From: an uncultured Planctomycetia bacterium
GTDB taxonomy: Bacteria; Omnitrophota; Gorgyraeia; Gorgyraeales; Gorgyraeaceae
DNA: 64,000 nucleotides
Reading direction: 5' to 3'
NCBI GenBank assembly: GCA_964415355.1
Contig: CAYPYS010000002.1
Span: 74,475-138,474 of the forward strand
How positions within the stretch are numbered: position 1 is the first letter of the stretch; every line of letters begins with the position of its first letter. The translations under genes were made by a program, and so were the position numbers. Below the pieces are notes generated by a model that saw nothing but the letters and a program-made list of their open reading frames with translations, did no database searches and had not been told where the DNA came from. This document shows positions 27,841 through 38,210 of this stretch, one piece after another.

Positions 27841-28140
27841 TTATTCTCTGTCAAATCCTATAAACTCGCAGGCCTTGGTATCGGCAAATAATATCGTTAG
27901 GTTTTTTTTAAGAGCGAGGGTCAGGCCCATGAGATTGAAGCAGTTTTTTCCGATGATTTCTTTTTTTATGGTATAGCAATGTTCCGGGTTAACGGGTTTG
28001 TATTCTAGCTGGAAGTCCGAAGAACGATTTATCCTTATTCTTATTTCTTCTCCGCAGTCAGAGCACTTGACTGATGCATAAAACGCTTTTTTAGGGTGAT
28101 TACTTATCATGTTTTTTAATATTTTTGTTATGACTTTCAT
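27841..28140 (-). CDS. Hypothetical Cys-containing protein
   Basis: VKCSDCGEEI...KKEIIGKNCF. Confidence 0.65.
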   Translation of the reverse strand: MKVITKILKNMISNHPKKAFYASVKCSDCGEEIRIRINRSSDFQLEYKPVNPEHCYTIKKEIIGKNCFNLMGLTLALKKNLTILFADTKACEFIGFDRE

Positions 28141-28158
28141 TTTTTAATCTTGCTAGCT

Positions 28159-28232
28159 TGGAGCGGGTGATGGGAATCGAACCCACGCTGCGAGCTTGGG
28201 AAGCTCGTGTTCTACCATTGAACTACACCCGC
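28159..28232 (-). tRNA. tRNA-Gly(CCC)
   Basis: GCGGGTGTAGTTCAATGGTAGAACACGAGCTTCCCAAGCTCGCAGCGTGGGTTCGATTCCCATCACCCGCTCCA; cloverleaf with encoded CCA. Confidence 0.95.
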
Positions 28233-28242
28233 TATTTACTAT

Positions 28243-29148
28243 TTAAGCGAGAGTCAGCTCTTTGAGTCTGCTACACCTCGCTTCTATGTCTTTATTATCA
28301 AGCTTTAGAAACCTATTTACGCTAAACTCCTCTACGGTAAAAGACGCCATCACTGAACCGTGTAGTAATGCCTTGCGGAGTGACCGGGAATCTGTTTTGT
28401 CCTTATTCGCCAGGTAACCCATGAATCCCCCTGCGAATGTGTCACCGGCTCCTGTAGGATCGCAGACTCTGTTCAGAGGGTATGCCGGCATTATGAGCGA
28501 TACACCGTCTTTATCGAAGAGAATGGCGCCGTATTCGCCTCTTTTTATTATCGCAGACTTCGGGCCCAGCGATAATAGATATTTACCGGCCTTAACTATG
28601 TTCGTCTCTCCGGAGATAAGCTTTGCCTCTGATTCGTTTAAAAAGACAATCGAGGTTTCCTTCATCAGTTTTTCCAGCGATGTTTTTTTGTTTTGGATCC
28701 AATAATTCATGGAATCACAGCCTATGAACTGTTTATTTTTGAAATTTTTAAGGATAAATAATTGCAGGTCAGGGTCTATATTGGCAAGGAAGATAAATTC
28801 GCTATTCATGTATTCCTTGGGTATATTCGGTTTGAAATCAGCAAATACATTCAATTGTGTTTCTATGGTTTTAGCGCAATTCAGGTCGTCTACGTAAGAA
28901 CCTGTCCAGCGAAAGGTCTTGCCCTCTTTTGTTTCCAGGCCGTTTATGTCTACCCCAAAAGACTTTATGAGATCCTTGTGCTTGCCGGGAAAATCTTTTC
29001 CTACAGTGGCTACGAGGTTGACATTCGCGAAAAAGCTTGCGCTGATCGAAAAATATGTCGCTGAACCGCCCAGGATTTCCTCGGATCTTCCTTCCGGAGT
29101 CGTTACTGTGTCCAGAGCCACTGAACCTATTACCAGTATTCGCCCCAT
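28243..29148 (-). CDS. PfkB-family sugar/nucleoside kinase
   Basis: GSVALD, LGGSATY, DPTGAGDTFAGG. Confidence 0.9.
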   Translation of the reverse strand: MGRILVIGSVALDTVTTPEGRSEEILGGSATYFSISASFFANVNLVATVGKDFPGKHKDLIKSFGVDINGLETKEGKTFRWTGSYVDDLNCAKTIETQLNVFADFKPNIPKEYMNSEFIFLANIDPDLQLFILKNFKNKQFIGCDSMNYWIQNKKTSLEKLMKETSIVFLNESEAKLISGETNIVKAGKYLLSLGPKSAIIKRGEYGAILFDKDGVSLIMPAYPLNRVCDPTGAGDTFAGGFMGYLANKDKTDSRSLRKALLHGSVMASFTVEEFSVNRFLKLDNKDIEARCSRLKELTLA

Positions 29149-29149
29149 T

Positions 29150-30424
29150 TTAAAAGTGCCTTTCCATGGTTTTTATCGAGCAGAAATCGCTGCACATAGT
29201 ACAGACGTCTTTATTTTTTGGTAAAGCTGATTTCCTGTAATTTAAAGCTTTTAAAGGGTCCATTGATTTCTTTATTTGACCTTTCCAGTTTCTGGTGGAC
29301 CTGTGCTTTGATATCTCGCTGTTCCATTTTAAAGCCCCTGGCAGTCGTTTGGCGATATCAGCGGCGTGCGCAGCGATCCTGGAGGCTATAACACCTTCCT
29401 TTATATCATTTTCGTCGGGTATTCGCAGGTGTTCCGAGGGCGTGACGTAACATAGGAAGTCTGCTCCGTGAAAGGCAGCCAGGGCCCCGCCTATTGCGCC
29501 GACTATATGGTCGTATCCAGGGGCGACATCTGTTACGAGAGGACCTAATACATAAAACGGCGCATTGTCGCACATCTTCTTTTGTATGACGACGTTTGAT
29601 TGTATTTCATCCAGCGGGATATGTCCCGGCCCTTCTATTATTACTTGCACGTTATTTTCTCTCGCCTTTTTCGCCAGCTCCCCGAGCAATATCAGTTCTT
29701 GTATTTGAGGCCTGTCTGTGGAGTCCATGAGCGCGCCGGGTCTCATCCCGTCTCCCAGGCTCAGGACTATGTCGTATTTTTTTGCTATTTTAAGGATATC
29801 GTCATAATGTTCATAGAAAGGATTTTCTTTTTTATTCAACAACATCCATTCGGCTATAAAAGAACCCCCTCTTGAGACTATAGGCATGAGCCTTTTTTTT
29901 CTTTTTAATCGGGAGAGGGTGTTTTGCGTGACCCCGCAATGTAGAGTGAAAAAATCCACACCGTCTGCGGCCTGCCCTTCAAGTGTCTCCATGATGTCGG
30001 CTTTGGTCATGCGGGATATATGTCCTTTTGTCCTGCATGCCTTGACAGCAGTTTGATACACAGGCACTGTGCCTACAGGGACTCGCGAATTCTTTAAAAT
30101 AGCCCGGCGTATCTTTTTTATGTTTCCGCCAGTGCTCAGGTCCATTACGGTGTCAGCGCCATATTGTACCGCTATTTTTAATTTTTTTAATTCAGCGCCT
30201 AACCCCGCCTTGTCTTTCGATGTGCCCAGGTTCGCGTTTACCTTGGTGCGCAGGCCTGTTCCTACCGCGCACGGCTTTATCTTTCTTTTGGAGTTTTTGA
30301 TTATTACCGCACTCCCGTTTCTGACGCGTTTTTTTAAGATATCCGCAGAAACGCCTTCCTGTTTGGCCGCGTGTTTCATCTCAGGAGATATTTTATTGTG
30401 CTTCGCGTATTCTATTTGTGTCAT
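29150..30424 (-). CDS. thiC: Phosphomethylpyrimidine synthase
   Basis: KVNANLGTS, SRGG, EGPGH, CTMCSDFC. Confidence 0.93.
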   Translation of the reverse strand: MTQIEYAKHNKISPEMKHAAKQEGVSADILKKRVRNGSAVIIKNSKRKIKPCAVGTGLRTKVNANLGTSKDKAGLGAELKKLKIAVQYGADTVMDLSTGGNIKKIRRAILKNSRVPVGTVPVYQTAVKACRTKGHISRMTKADIMETLEGQAADGVDFFTLHCGVTQNTLSRLKRKKRLMPIVSRGGSFIAEWMLLNKKENPFYEHYDDILKIAKKYDIVLSLGDGMRPGALMDSTDRPQIQELILLGELAKKARENNVQVIIEGPGHIPLDEIQSNVVIQKKMCDNAPFYVLGPLVTDVAPGYDHIVGAIGGALAAFHGADFLCYVTPSEHLRIPDENDIKEGVIASRIAAHAADIAKRLPGALKWNSEISKHRSTRNWKGQIKKSMDPLKALNYRKSALPKNKDVCTMCSDFCSIKTMERHF

Positions 30425-31062
30425 GATAGGTCTTTTATCTTTTTAATTATTTTTTTTGTCGCTTCAAACGGGTCGTCAGAAGAGAGGATAGCCCTTGCGA
30501 CAGCGATTCTTTTAGCACCAGCCGCGATGACTCCTCTTATGTTAGATTCGTCGATACCGCCTATGGCTACAAACGGGATTTTGAGTCTTTGGAACGCGGT
30601 TCTGATCAGATCCAGGCCGACAGGCATGTAGTCAGGCTTTGTCGGCGTCGGGTAAACAGGTCCTACGCTTATATAATCCACGTCTTTTTTTACGCCTTCA
30701 TCTATCTGTGATTCTGAATGAGTCGAAAGGCCTATTATTTTATCTTTACCCAAGATCTTTCTTGCTGCATCTACGGGCATATCGTCCTGTCCCAGATGTA
30801 CGCCATCCGAGTCTAGCGCAAGCGCAGCCTCAACCCTGTCATCTATTATAAAGAGCGCGTCTTTTTCTTTTACTAGAGGTTTTATCCTCTTGCCTGTCTC
30901 CAGGAATTCTTCATCGGTAGCAGTTTTGTCCCTGAGCTGTATTATATCCGCTCCCGCATCCAACGACCTTGATATGACTGATATTATCTCTTTGTCCTTT
31001 AACGCTCTTCTATCCGTTACGAGATATATGCCCGTTTTTTTTAATAATTCTTTTCTCGACAT
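30421..31062 (-). CDS. thiE: Thiamine-phosphate synthase
   Basis: QLRDK, GVHLGQDD, GLSTH, PTPTKP, AIGGI. Confidence 0.93.
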   Translation of the reverse strand: MSRKELLKKTGIYLVTDRRALKDKEIISVISRSLDAGADIIQLRDKTATDEEFLETGKRIKPLVKEKDALFIIDDRVEAALALDSDGVHLGQDDMPVDAARKILGKDKIIGLSTHSESQIDEGVKKDVDYISVGPVYPTPTKPDYMPVGLDLIRTAFQRLKIPFVAIGGIDESNIRGVIAAGAKRIAVARAILSSDDPFEATKKIIKKIKDLS

Positions 31063-31447
31063 CGTATGTATCGAATCTCAGTTCCCTGTATTTATGGCTC
31101 GTTTTTGCGTCGAGTATCTTGCAGCATTCCTCGAGCACCCTTAGGGATTCTTTGACGCGTTCGAGATTAGACATCAAGATATCATTGAGGCCGCTCCCCT
31201 TGGGTTTTTTGAAATCCTTGTATTTTTCAGTATCTTCTTCTGTATTGCGGGCTCCCAACAGCTTTTTGAAAGTCAGGTTTTTAGAATCGAGCAAGGCCTC
31301 GGTAGTCTTATGTCTTATAAGTTTCAAGGATCTTGTGATACGTCGATCCCTTATGTCAGAGAACCTCGTTATGTCTTCGCAGGCCCTCAGACCTTCCCTG
31401 GCTCGGTTTAAATTAGCGTCTATAATCCGGAATAAATGAGTATTCAT
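31010..31447 (-). CDS. ThiD2-domain protein (N-terminal domain of cyanobacterial-type ThiE)
   Basis: RIIDANLNRAREGLR...RVKESLRVLEE...RF..Y..EK. Confidence 0.85.
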   Translation of the reverse strand: MNTHLFRIIDANLNRAREGLRACEDITRFSDIRDRRITRSLKLIRHKTTEALLDSKNLTFKKLLGARNTEEDTEKYKDFKKPKGSGLNDILMSNLERVKESLRVLEECCKILDAKTSHKYRELRFDTYDVEKRIIKKNGHISRNG

Positions 31448-31451
31448 ATGC

Positions 31452-31490
31452 CTAAGTTTACACTTTAACGTTGTTGAAATGTAAAGTTAA
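31452..31490. repeat. Palindrome family A copy
   Basis: CTAAGTTTACACTTTAACGTTGTTGAAATGTAAAGTTAA. Confidence 0.95.
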
Positions 31491-31497
31491 CGCGTGA

Positions 31498-31974
31498 TCA
31501 AGAAGATTTTATTTTTTTAATAAGGCCTCTGGTCGAAAATCCTTTGACATAGCGGAGGCTTTTTACTTTTCCTCCGCGGGATATGACAAAATCAGACCCT
31601 ACAATATCTTTTATCTTCCAGTCCCCGCCTTTTACCAGGACGTCGGGTTTTATCCTTTTTATTAAATCAATAGGCGTTAAGTCGTTGAATATGACGACGA
31701 AATCCACGAACGAGAGCGCCGAAAGTACCTTGGCCCTGTTCCCCTGGGAAACAACAGGCCTTTTTTTGCCTTTCAATTTCCTTACAGACTTATCGCTGTT
31801 TAATCCGATTATTAAAATATCCCCTGATGATTTTGCCTTCGACAGATATTCTACGTGCCCTGCGTGCAGGATATCAAAGCAACCATTCGTGAATACAATG
31901 GTTTTGTTTTTGGCCTTAAGTTTTTTTAGCGCCTTTGTCAATCCAGGCAGGGTCTTTATCTTATTACAATGCAT
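31498..31974 (-). CDS. rfaE2: D-glycero-beta-D-manno-heptose 1-phosphate adenylyltransferase
   Basis: [28 protein letters not shown]. Confidence 0.92.
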   Translation of the reverse strand: MHCNKIKTLPGLTKALKKLKAKNKTIVFTNGCFDILHAGHVEYLSKAKSSGDILIIGLNSDKSVRKLKGKKRPVVSQGNRAKVLSALSFVDFVVIFNDLTPIDLIKRIKPDVLVKGGDWKIKDIVGSDFVISRGGKVKSLRYVKGFSTRGLIKKIKSS

Positions 31975-32533
31975 CTTCCACGATTTCGCATACAATGTGA
32001 GCTATGGTAATGTGAGCTTCTTGTATCCGAGGGGTATTGTTAGAAGGTACGTTTATGGAAATATCTGCCATTCGAGAAAGCTCTCCCTTGTATTCTCCGG
32101 CTAAAACAGCGGTTTTCAGCTCCAAGGACCTAGCTTTTTTTATAGCCCTTATGACATTTTTTGACTTGCCGCTGGTTGATATCCCTATAGCCATGTCGCC
32201 TTTTTTCCCTAGGGCCTCTATTTGTCTTTCGAAGATAGAGTCGAAGCCATAATCGTTGCCAAGGGCAGTCAATGTAGATATGTTGCTTGTGAGCGCGATA
32301 CACGGAAGCGCGGCCCTTTCCTTGCGAAATCTGCCTACCAGCTCAGCTGTTATGTGCAGGCTGTCAGAGGCGCTGCCGCCATTTCCGAATACCAGGATTT
32401 TGTTTCCGGATTTCACTGTTGAAATAACTAGATTGGAAAGCGTTTTAATCGCCTCGATCTGGTTTTTGGAAAGGGATTCTTTCACTTTTATGTCTTCTTT
32501 TATTAAATTTTTTATTTTTTCATGTATGTCCAT
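31964..32533 (-). CDS. gmhA: Phosphoheptose isomerase
   Basis: GNGGSA, ALGNDYG, STSGKS, RIQEAH. Confidence 0.93.
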   Translation of the reverse strand: MDIHEKIKNLIKEDIKVKESLSKNQIEAIKTLSNLVISTVKSGNKILVFGNGGSASDSLHITAELVGRFRKERAALPCIALTSNISTLTALGNDYGFDSIFERQIEALGKKGDMAIGISTSGKSKNVIRAIKKARSLELKTAVLAGEYKGELSRMADISINVPSNNTPRIQEAHITIAHIVCEIVEDAL

Positions 32534-32547
32534 ATGTTACCCGCTTT

Positions 32548-32586
32548 CTAACTTTACACTTTAACGTTGTTGAAATGTAAAGTTAG
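32548..32586. repeat. Palindrome family A copy
   Basis: Consensus copy 2 nt from the pfkA stop. Confidence 0.95.
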
Positions 32587-32588
32587 GA

Positions 32589-33617
32589 TTATCCGAAAAA
32601 GATCTTTGCGATATCATAAAGTTCCATATCAACGGTTTTAAGTTTACTGACAGCCGCTTCCAGGGGCACGTCTATTACTTTATTGCCCTGCAGCGCAGCC
32701 ATTTTTCCGTATTGTTTTTTGAGAACAAGCTCCATTGTCTTGATGCCAAACCTTGTGCCGAGCACTCTATCGAACGCCGTAGGGGTCCCGCCTCTTTGTA
32801 TGTGCCCGAGAACAGTCACTCTTGTCTCGAAACCGGTTCTTTTTTCTATCTCTTCGCCGAGAAGGTGGCCTATGCCTCCGAGGCGCACATGGCCGAACGC
32901 GTCTAGTTTTTCCTCTTGCTTGACCAGCGCGCCTTTTTTAAATTTCGCGCCCTCTGCCACTACTACTATACTGAAGCTTTTTCCGCGGGCGTGACGTTTT
33001 TTCAGGATGCTGCATACCTCGTCCATGTCTATTGGCACCTCTGGTATTAAGATCACGTCAGCACCTCCCGCCATGCCTGATTCTATGGCGATCCAGCCGG
33101 CGTGTCTCCCCATTACCTCTACGACCATGATCCTGTTGTGCGACTCAGCAGTCGTGTGGACCCTGTCTATTGCCTCAGTGGCAATATTGATAGCTGTGTC
33201 AAATCCGAATGTAACATCAGTGCAGGATATGTCATTGTCAATGGTCTTTGGCGCGCCTACTATATTTAACCCTTCCTTGCATAGTTTGGCTGCTACTCCC
33301 AACGTATCTTCTCCTCCAATGGCTATCAAGGCTTCCAGGCCCATCTTTTTAAAGTTTTCTTTTGCTTTTTCTTTGTCCCCGTCTTTTTTATAGGGGTTTG
33401 TCCTGGATGTCCCTAGTATCGTGCCTCCTTTGGGTAAAATGCCTGAGACCGCATCGAGATCCAGGTCCATAGTATTTTTTTCAATCAATCCTTTCCAGCC
33501 ATTTTTAATACCCGTTACTTTATAACCTTCTTTAAGAGCATACCGCACGATCGCTCTTATTACCGGGTTTAAGCCCGGACAATCTCCTCCGCCAGTCAAT
33601 ACGCCGACTTTTTTCAT
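32589..33617 (-). CDS. pfkA: 6-phosphofructokinase
   Basis: TGGGDCPGLN, PKTIDND, EVMGR, LGHIQRGG. Confidence 0.93.
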   Translation of the reverse strand: MKKVGVLTGGGDCPGLNPVIRAIVRYALKEGYKVTGIKNGWKGLIEKNTMDLDLDAVSGILPKGGTILGTSRTNPYKKDGDKEKAKENFKKMGLEALIAIGGEDTLGVAAKLCKEGLNIVGAPKTIDNDISCTDVTFGFDTAINIATEAIDRVHTTAESHNRIMVVEVMGRHAGWIAIESGMAGGADVILIPEVPIDMDEVCSILKKRHARGKSFSIVVVAEGAKFKKGALVKQEEKLDAFGHVRLGGIGHLLGEEIEKRTGFETRVTVLGHIQRGGTPTAFDRVLGTRFGIKTMELVLKKQYGKMAALQGNKVIDVPLEAAVSKLKTVDMELYDIAKIFFG

Positions 33618-33631
33618 TCCTTGCTCCTCCT

Positions 33632-34243
33632 TCATTTACCGTATTCGATTTCGCCTTTGAAACCGCCAGGTTCGGGTTGTTTCGTTATATCTTTCTTTTT
33701 TTCAGCTTTTTTGCTTCTCTCCGTTACTTTTACTACGTGGATTTTCACCGCAACGGTTTCTTCTATGCCTAACATTTCCTGCAAGCGGTATTTTATCGCG
33801 TTTTGTATTTTTTCAGTGATCTCAGGTATATTAGCATCTGAATACAAGACTGCCTTTGAAACGACCTCGATGCCTGCCCTGCCCGCAGATATATTCGATC
33901 TCATGTCTTTTATTTCTGCCATATTTTGCGTCAATTTTTTTATGTAATCTTCTATTGCACCGAGCGATATAGTTACCTGGCCATCCGGATTTTCAAAGGC
34001 AATGGTCTTGCGCCTCCGGAGTTTTCCTATGGAAAGCTGGGCAATGGATATATTTATAAGGATCAGAAACAGGCCTGCCAGGGCCATGGCCAGCCTTGCG
34101 TTGTTTGTTTGCGAAAAATAGCTGATAATATTGATTATTGAATCAAGAGACTCTGTCCGGAGAGAGAGCGCGACAAGAAAACCCCCTATTATCGAGAATA
34201 TCAGGGTATAAATAAAAATAGCTACTATGCCGAAGATCTTCAT
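33632..34243 (-). CDS. AmaP-like membrane anchor (Asp23-related)
   Basis: Two TMs, NPDGQVTISL.AIE, Asp23-like C-terminus; downstream of accC. Confidence 0.7.
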   Translation of the reverse strand: MKIFGIVAIFIYTLIFSIIGGFLVALSLRTESLDSIINIISYFSQTNNARLAMALAGLFLILINISIAQLSIGKLRRRKTIAFENPDGQVTISLGAIEDYIKKLTQNMAEIKDMRSNISAGRAGIEVVSKAVLYSDANIPEITEKIQNAIKYRLQEMLGIEETVAVKIHVVKVTERSKKAEKKKDITKQPEPGGFKGEIEYGK

Positions 34244-34259
34244 ATATGGGCCTCCGTCT

Positions 34260-35606
34260 TTATTCGCTCCCGGACATTTTATCCACGTAATCAGTCGTGA
34301 AGTCTCCTCGCAGGAAGAGCATGTCGTTCATGACGTGTTTGTGGAAAGGTATGGTTGTTTTTATCGGCTCTATTAGGAGCTCGTCTAGAGAGCGCCTCAT
34401 GATCTTGATCGCCTCTTGCCTGTTCCTGCCATAAGAAATAAGCTTCGCTATCATAGAGTCGTAATAAGGCGGTATCGAATAACCGGAATATGCGTGCGAG
34501 TCTACTCTTATGCCAGGCCCGCCCGGCGCAATGAACATGTCTATCTTGCCGGGATTTGGCATGAAATCTTTTTCTGTGTTCTCAGCGTTTATTCTACACT
34601 CAATGGCAGCGCCTTTTATCTTTATGTCGTCTTGCTTGTAGGAAAGTTTTTTTCCGGACGCGATCTTTATCTGTTCTTTTACAAGGTCTATTCCTGTCAC
34701 CATCTCTGTCACAGGGTGCTCTACCTGAATGCGCGTATTTACTTCCAGGAAGTAGAAATGGTTATACCTGTCGAGAAGAAATTCTACTGTGCCGGCATTT
34801 ACATAATTGCATGCCTTGCCCACTTTTACTGCCATCTCGCCCACTTTCTTTCTTAATTTTGAATCTATGGCAGACGACGGAGACTCTTCTATTAATTTTT
34901 GATGCCGTCTTTGTATGGTGCAGTCTCTTTCGCCAAGATGAATTATATGGCCTGACCTATCCGCCAGCAGCTGCACTTCTATATGCCTGGGCCTTTCTAT
35001 GTATTTTTCAATATACACGTTTGAATTTCCAAAAGCTGCTTCTGCCTCTTGCTGCGCTGTCATGAATGAGCTTACGAGCCGCACGTCATTATGGCAGACT
35101 CTCATTCCTTTGCCGCCGCCACCCGCAGAAGCCTTGATTATTACGGGGTATTTTAATTTTTTTGCGACCTTGAGGGCTTCTTCCTTGGTCTTTATTATGT
35201 TGTTGCTTCCCGGGATCACAGGTATGCCTATCTTTTGCATCATTTGACGGGCAGTCATCTTGTCGCCCAAAAGCCTCATAGTCTCCGGCGTAGGCCCTAT
35301 AAAAGTAATGTCGCAGGATTCGCATATTTCCGCGAAGTGGGCATTTTCTGCCTGGAAGCCGTAGCCGGGATGTATAGCGTCTACGTCGGTGATCTCGGCC
35401 GCGCTGATTATAGCCGGTATGTTCAGATAACTTTCAGAGGGGCGGCTGGACCCTATGCAGACAGCTTCATCTGCTAATCTCGCGTGCAGGGATTGCGCGT
35501 CAGATTCCGAATACACGGCGACTGTCTTAACGCCCATCTCTTTACATGCGCGTATTATCCTGACAGCAACCTCTCCTCGATTCGCGATTAATATCTTAGA
35601 AAACAT
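34260..35606 (-). CDS. accC: Biotin carboxylase
   Basis: ANRGE, HPGYGF, GGGGKG, EVNTRIQVEHP, YYDSMIAK. Confidence 0.95.
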   Translation of the reverse strand: MFSKILIANRGEVAVRIIRACKEMGVKTVAVYSESDAQSLHARLADEAVCIGSSRPSESYLNIPAIISAAEITDVDAIHPGYGFQAENAHFAEICESCDITFIGPTPETMRLLGDKMTARQMMQKIGIPVIPGSNNIIKTKEEALKVAKKLKYPVIIKASAGGGGKGMRVCHNDVRLVSSFMTAQQEAEAAFGNSNVYIEKYIERPRHIEVQLLADRSGHIIHLGERDCTIQRRHQKLIEESPSSAIDSKLRKKVGEMAVKVGKACNYVNAGTVEFLLDRYNHFYFLEVNTRIQVEHPVTEMVTGIDLVKEQIKIASGKKLSYKQDDIKIKGAAIECRINAENTEKDFMPNPGKIDMFIAPGGPGIRVDSHAYSGYSIPPYYDSMIAKLISYGRNRQEAIKIMRRSLDELLIEPIKTTIPFHKHVMNDMLFLRGDFTTDYVDKMSGSE

Positions 35607-35611
35607 AAAGG

Positions 35612-36070
35612 TTATAACGGTTCTAACATGAACAGCGCTTGGCCGTACTCTACGGGATTGGCATTTTCTACCAGGATCTCGACTACCTTACCTTTAACCT
35701 CGGATTTTATCTCGTTCATAAGCTTCATTGCTTCGACTATACATACTACCTGGCCGACTTCCACTATCTGTCCGATTTCCGCATATGGTTTTGAGTCCGG
35801 CGAAGGCGTTCTATAAAAAGTACCCACCATGGGAGCTTTTATCGATATCAAGGTTTTTTCAGGGCCTTGTTCTTTTTTTGCCGGACCTGCGTGATCCGTC
35901 CTTATTATTTGGGCTGTCCTTTGCGTATCAGGCCCTTCAGTTATGGCCTCGAAGTTCCCTGAGGCTGATTTCCTTATCCTTATTTTGGTGCCTTCTCGTT
36001 CGACCTCCAGCTCCATAAGATTGTTTTCGTTCATCAGATTAATAAGCTCTTTTATCTCTTTTAGATTCAT
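35612..36070 (-). CDS. accB: Biotin carboxyl carrier protein
   Basis: PMVGTFY, EAMKLMN. Confidence 0.95.
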   Translation of the reverse strand: MNLKEIKELINLMNENNLMELEVEREGTKIRIRKSASGNFEAITEGPDTQRTAQIIRTDHAGPAKKEQGPEKTLISIKAPMVGTFYRTPSPDSKPYAEIGQIVEVGQVVCIVEAMKLMNEIKSEVKGKVVEILVENANPVEYGQALFMLEPL

Positions 36071-36089
36071 ATTCCGCTCCTTATCTTAG

Positions 36090-36650
36090 CTATGCGCGTT
36101 CGACGTATTCTTTGGTCCTGGTGTCTATGCGCACCATGTCCCCTGTGTTTATAAACAGAGGGACTGATATGGTCATCCCGGTCTCTGTGGTTGCGGGTTT
36201 TGTGCCTGCCCTGGAGGTATCCCCTCTTATTCCGGGTTCAGTGGAGGTTATTTTCATATTTATAAAGATAGGCGGCTCTAGCGATATGATCCTGTGTTTG
36301 TATACCAAGGCCATTACCTCTAAATTTTCTTTGAGATAGTCGACTACTTCTCCGAGTTGATCGCTGTGCAGGCCTACCTGATCAAAGGTATCCTGGTACA
36401 TGAACTCATATATGTCCCCTGACGAATATAGATATTGCAGCTGCCTTTTTTCTATAAAGGCTACTTCGAGCTTATCGTTTGGCCTGAATGTCCTGTCTAT
36501 GGTGGTACTTAGTTTAAGATTTTTTAATTTTGTGCGGACGAACGCCCCGCCTTTTCCGGGCTTTACGTGCTTATGGTCTACGATATTATAGACCTCGCCG
36601 TTCAATTCTACGTAAGAACCTTTTTTTAATTGATTGATCGCTACTTGCAT
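36090..36650 (-). CDS. efp: Elongation factor P
   Basis: HVKPGKGGAFVR, VPLFI..GD. Confidence 0.95.
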   Translation of the reverse strand: MQVAINQLKKGSYVELNGEVYNIVDHKHVKPGKGGAFVRTKLKNLKLSTTIDRTFRPNDKLEVAFIEKRQLQYLYSSGDIYEFMYQDTFDQVGLHSDQLGEVVDYLKENLEVMALVYKHRIISLEPPIFINMKITSTEPGIRGDTSRAGTKPATTETGMTISVPLFINTGDMVRIDTRTKEYVERA

Positions 36651-36651
36651 A

Positions 36652-37716
36652 TTATTTTTTACTGGAGTTTGTCAGTGTCTCGCAGCCGGTTTTTGTAACA
36701 AGCACGTCATCCTCTATCCTTACGCCGCCGTAGCCAGGGATGTAAACACCGGGCTCTACGGTAAATACCATATTTTTTTCCAGCACGACGTCGCTATTTC
36801 TTGAAATAGCCGGTTTCTCGTGGATCTCCAGGCCTATGCCGTGACCGAGGTTGTGGATGAAATATTTTCCCAGCCCCTTATCTAATATATATTGCCGCGA
36901 TATATAATCTATATATTTAGCCTTTATGCCAGGCCTTATGTTTTCAATCGCCTTTTTCTGGGCGTCCAGCACAATGTTATAAATGCGCCGATACTTCCGC
37001 TCAATTCTACCTAAGAAAGCAGTCCTTGTCAAGTCAGAATTATATCCGCAATTCATTGCGCCTAAATCGATTACGACCATCTCTCCTTTTCTGATGATTT
37101 TGGTTGATGCGGTGGCGTGCGGCATGCATGCTCGTCTGCCAGAAGCCACTATAATCTCAAAGTCCGCTTTTTTAAATCCGCTCTTAGCGATATATGCATA
37201 TATACCATTCTTTACTTTTTCTTCACTGCTTGAGGGTCTAAGTGTTTTTACGACATGGTCCATTATTTTGCATCCTATTTTACAGGCTGTCTTTATATGC
37301 CCGACTTCTTTATTGTCCTTGATCATCCTGAGGGACTCTACTGCGTCCTTGACCGGCACCAGTCTTTTATTTCTCAGTTCTTTTTTTAAGGCAGCGTATT
37401 CGGAATAAGAAATATTTTTCGATTCAAATCCTACGCGCCTGGAATTGGTTTTTTTACATATGTCTTTGATGCTGGAAGCCGCCTCGCTGTATTTTACGAT
37501 TTTTAACGCGCACGTTTTTAGAGATTTTGCGTATTCTTCCTTGTATCTAGAGTCAGTAATGAGAAGGTTTTTTTCGGGAGACACAAAGAGGGTCGCGTCG
37601 TCCCCCTTGGCCCCGGTGAGATAAAAAATATTTTGCTTCTTTTTTATAATAAGGGCATCCAGGGATCTGGATGCCAGTATTTTTAATAATTTTTTTTGCC
37701 TGGGGATACAGTGCAT
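36652..37716 (-). CDS. Xaa-Pro aminopeptidase (M24)
   Basis: SDLTRT, GHGIGLEIHE, EPGVY, GVRIEDD. Confidence 0.9.
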   Translation of the reverse strand: MHCIPRQKKLLKILASRSLDALIIKKKQNIFYLTGAKGDDATLFVSPEKNLLITDSRYKEEYAKSLKTCALKIVKYSEAASSIKDICKKTNSRRVGFESKNISYSEYAALKKELRNKRLVPVKDAVESLRMIKDNKEVGHIKTACKIGCKIMDHVVKTLRPSSSEEKVKNGIYAYIAKSGFKKADFEIIVASGRRACMPHATASTKIIRKGEMVVIDLGAMNCGYNSDLTRTAFLGRIERKYRRIYNIVLDAQKKAIENIRPGIKAKYIDYISRQYILDKGLGKYFIHNLGHGIGLEIHEKPAISRNSDVVLEKNMVFTVEPGVYIPGYGGVRIEDDVLVTKTGCETLTNSSKK

Positions 37717-38159
37717 CAGGATTTACGCTTAGCCAGTTTTATCGCAGACTCGAGCCCGTAGATATAACTGTCTATGCCAAAGCCGGATATCTGGCCTTTT
37801 GCCACAGACGCGATCAGTGATGTATGCCTGAAGTCTTCTCGCGAATAGATGTTCGACAGGTGCACTTCAACCGTCGCTATTCCGGTAGCGGAAATAGCGT
37901 CACGTATGGCAACGCTTGTGTGTGTATATGCGGCGGGATTTATGAGCAAGGCAGTGTATTTACCTTTGGATTTTCCTATTCTTTCCACGATCTCGCCTTC
38001 GTAGTTAGATTGAAAAATGTCCAGGCTGACACCTTTCTTTTTTGCCAGCTTTTTGAGCTTTTTATTTATTTCTTCCATCGTAGTCTTGCCGTAGACCTTT
38101 GGCTCTCTTTTGCCTAAAAGATTTATATTTGGTCCGTGGATCACTAATATCTTGCTCAT
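37716..38159 (-). CDS. aroQ: Type II 3-dehydroquinate dehydratase
   Basis: [29 protein letters not shown]. Confidence 0.95.
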   Translation of the reverse strand: MSKILVIHGPNINLLGKREPKVYGKTTMEEINKKLKKLAKKKGVSLDIFQSNYEGEIVERIGKSKGKYTALLINPAAYTHTSVAIRDAISATGIATVEVHLSNIYSREDFRHTSLIASVAKGQISGFGIDSYIYGLESAIKLAKRKS

Positions 38160-38171
38160 AACACCCTCCTG

Positions 38172-38210
38172 ATAACTTTACATTTCAACAACGTTAAAGT
38201 GTAAAGTTAG
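38172..38210. repeat. Palindrome family A copy; supplies stop of the Trm112 gene
   Basis: ATAACTTTACATTTCAACAACGTTAAAGTGTAAAGTTAG. Confidence 0.95.

Noticed and set aside
27841-28232. Integrated island at the tRNA-Gly 3' end
   Set aside because: No integrase and no duplicated tRNA 3' end were seen, and the downstream genes are housekeeping.
31448-31497. TPP riboswitch upstream of thiD2-thiE-thiC
   Set aside because: The 50-nt gap is filled by a family A repeat and has no TPP aptamer motif.
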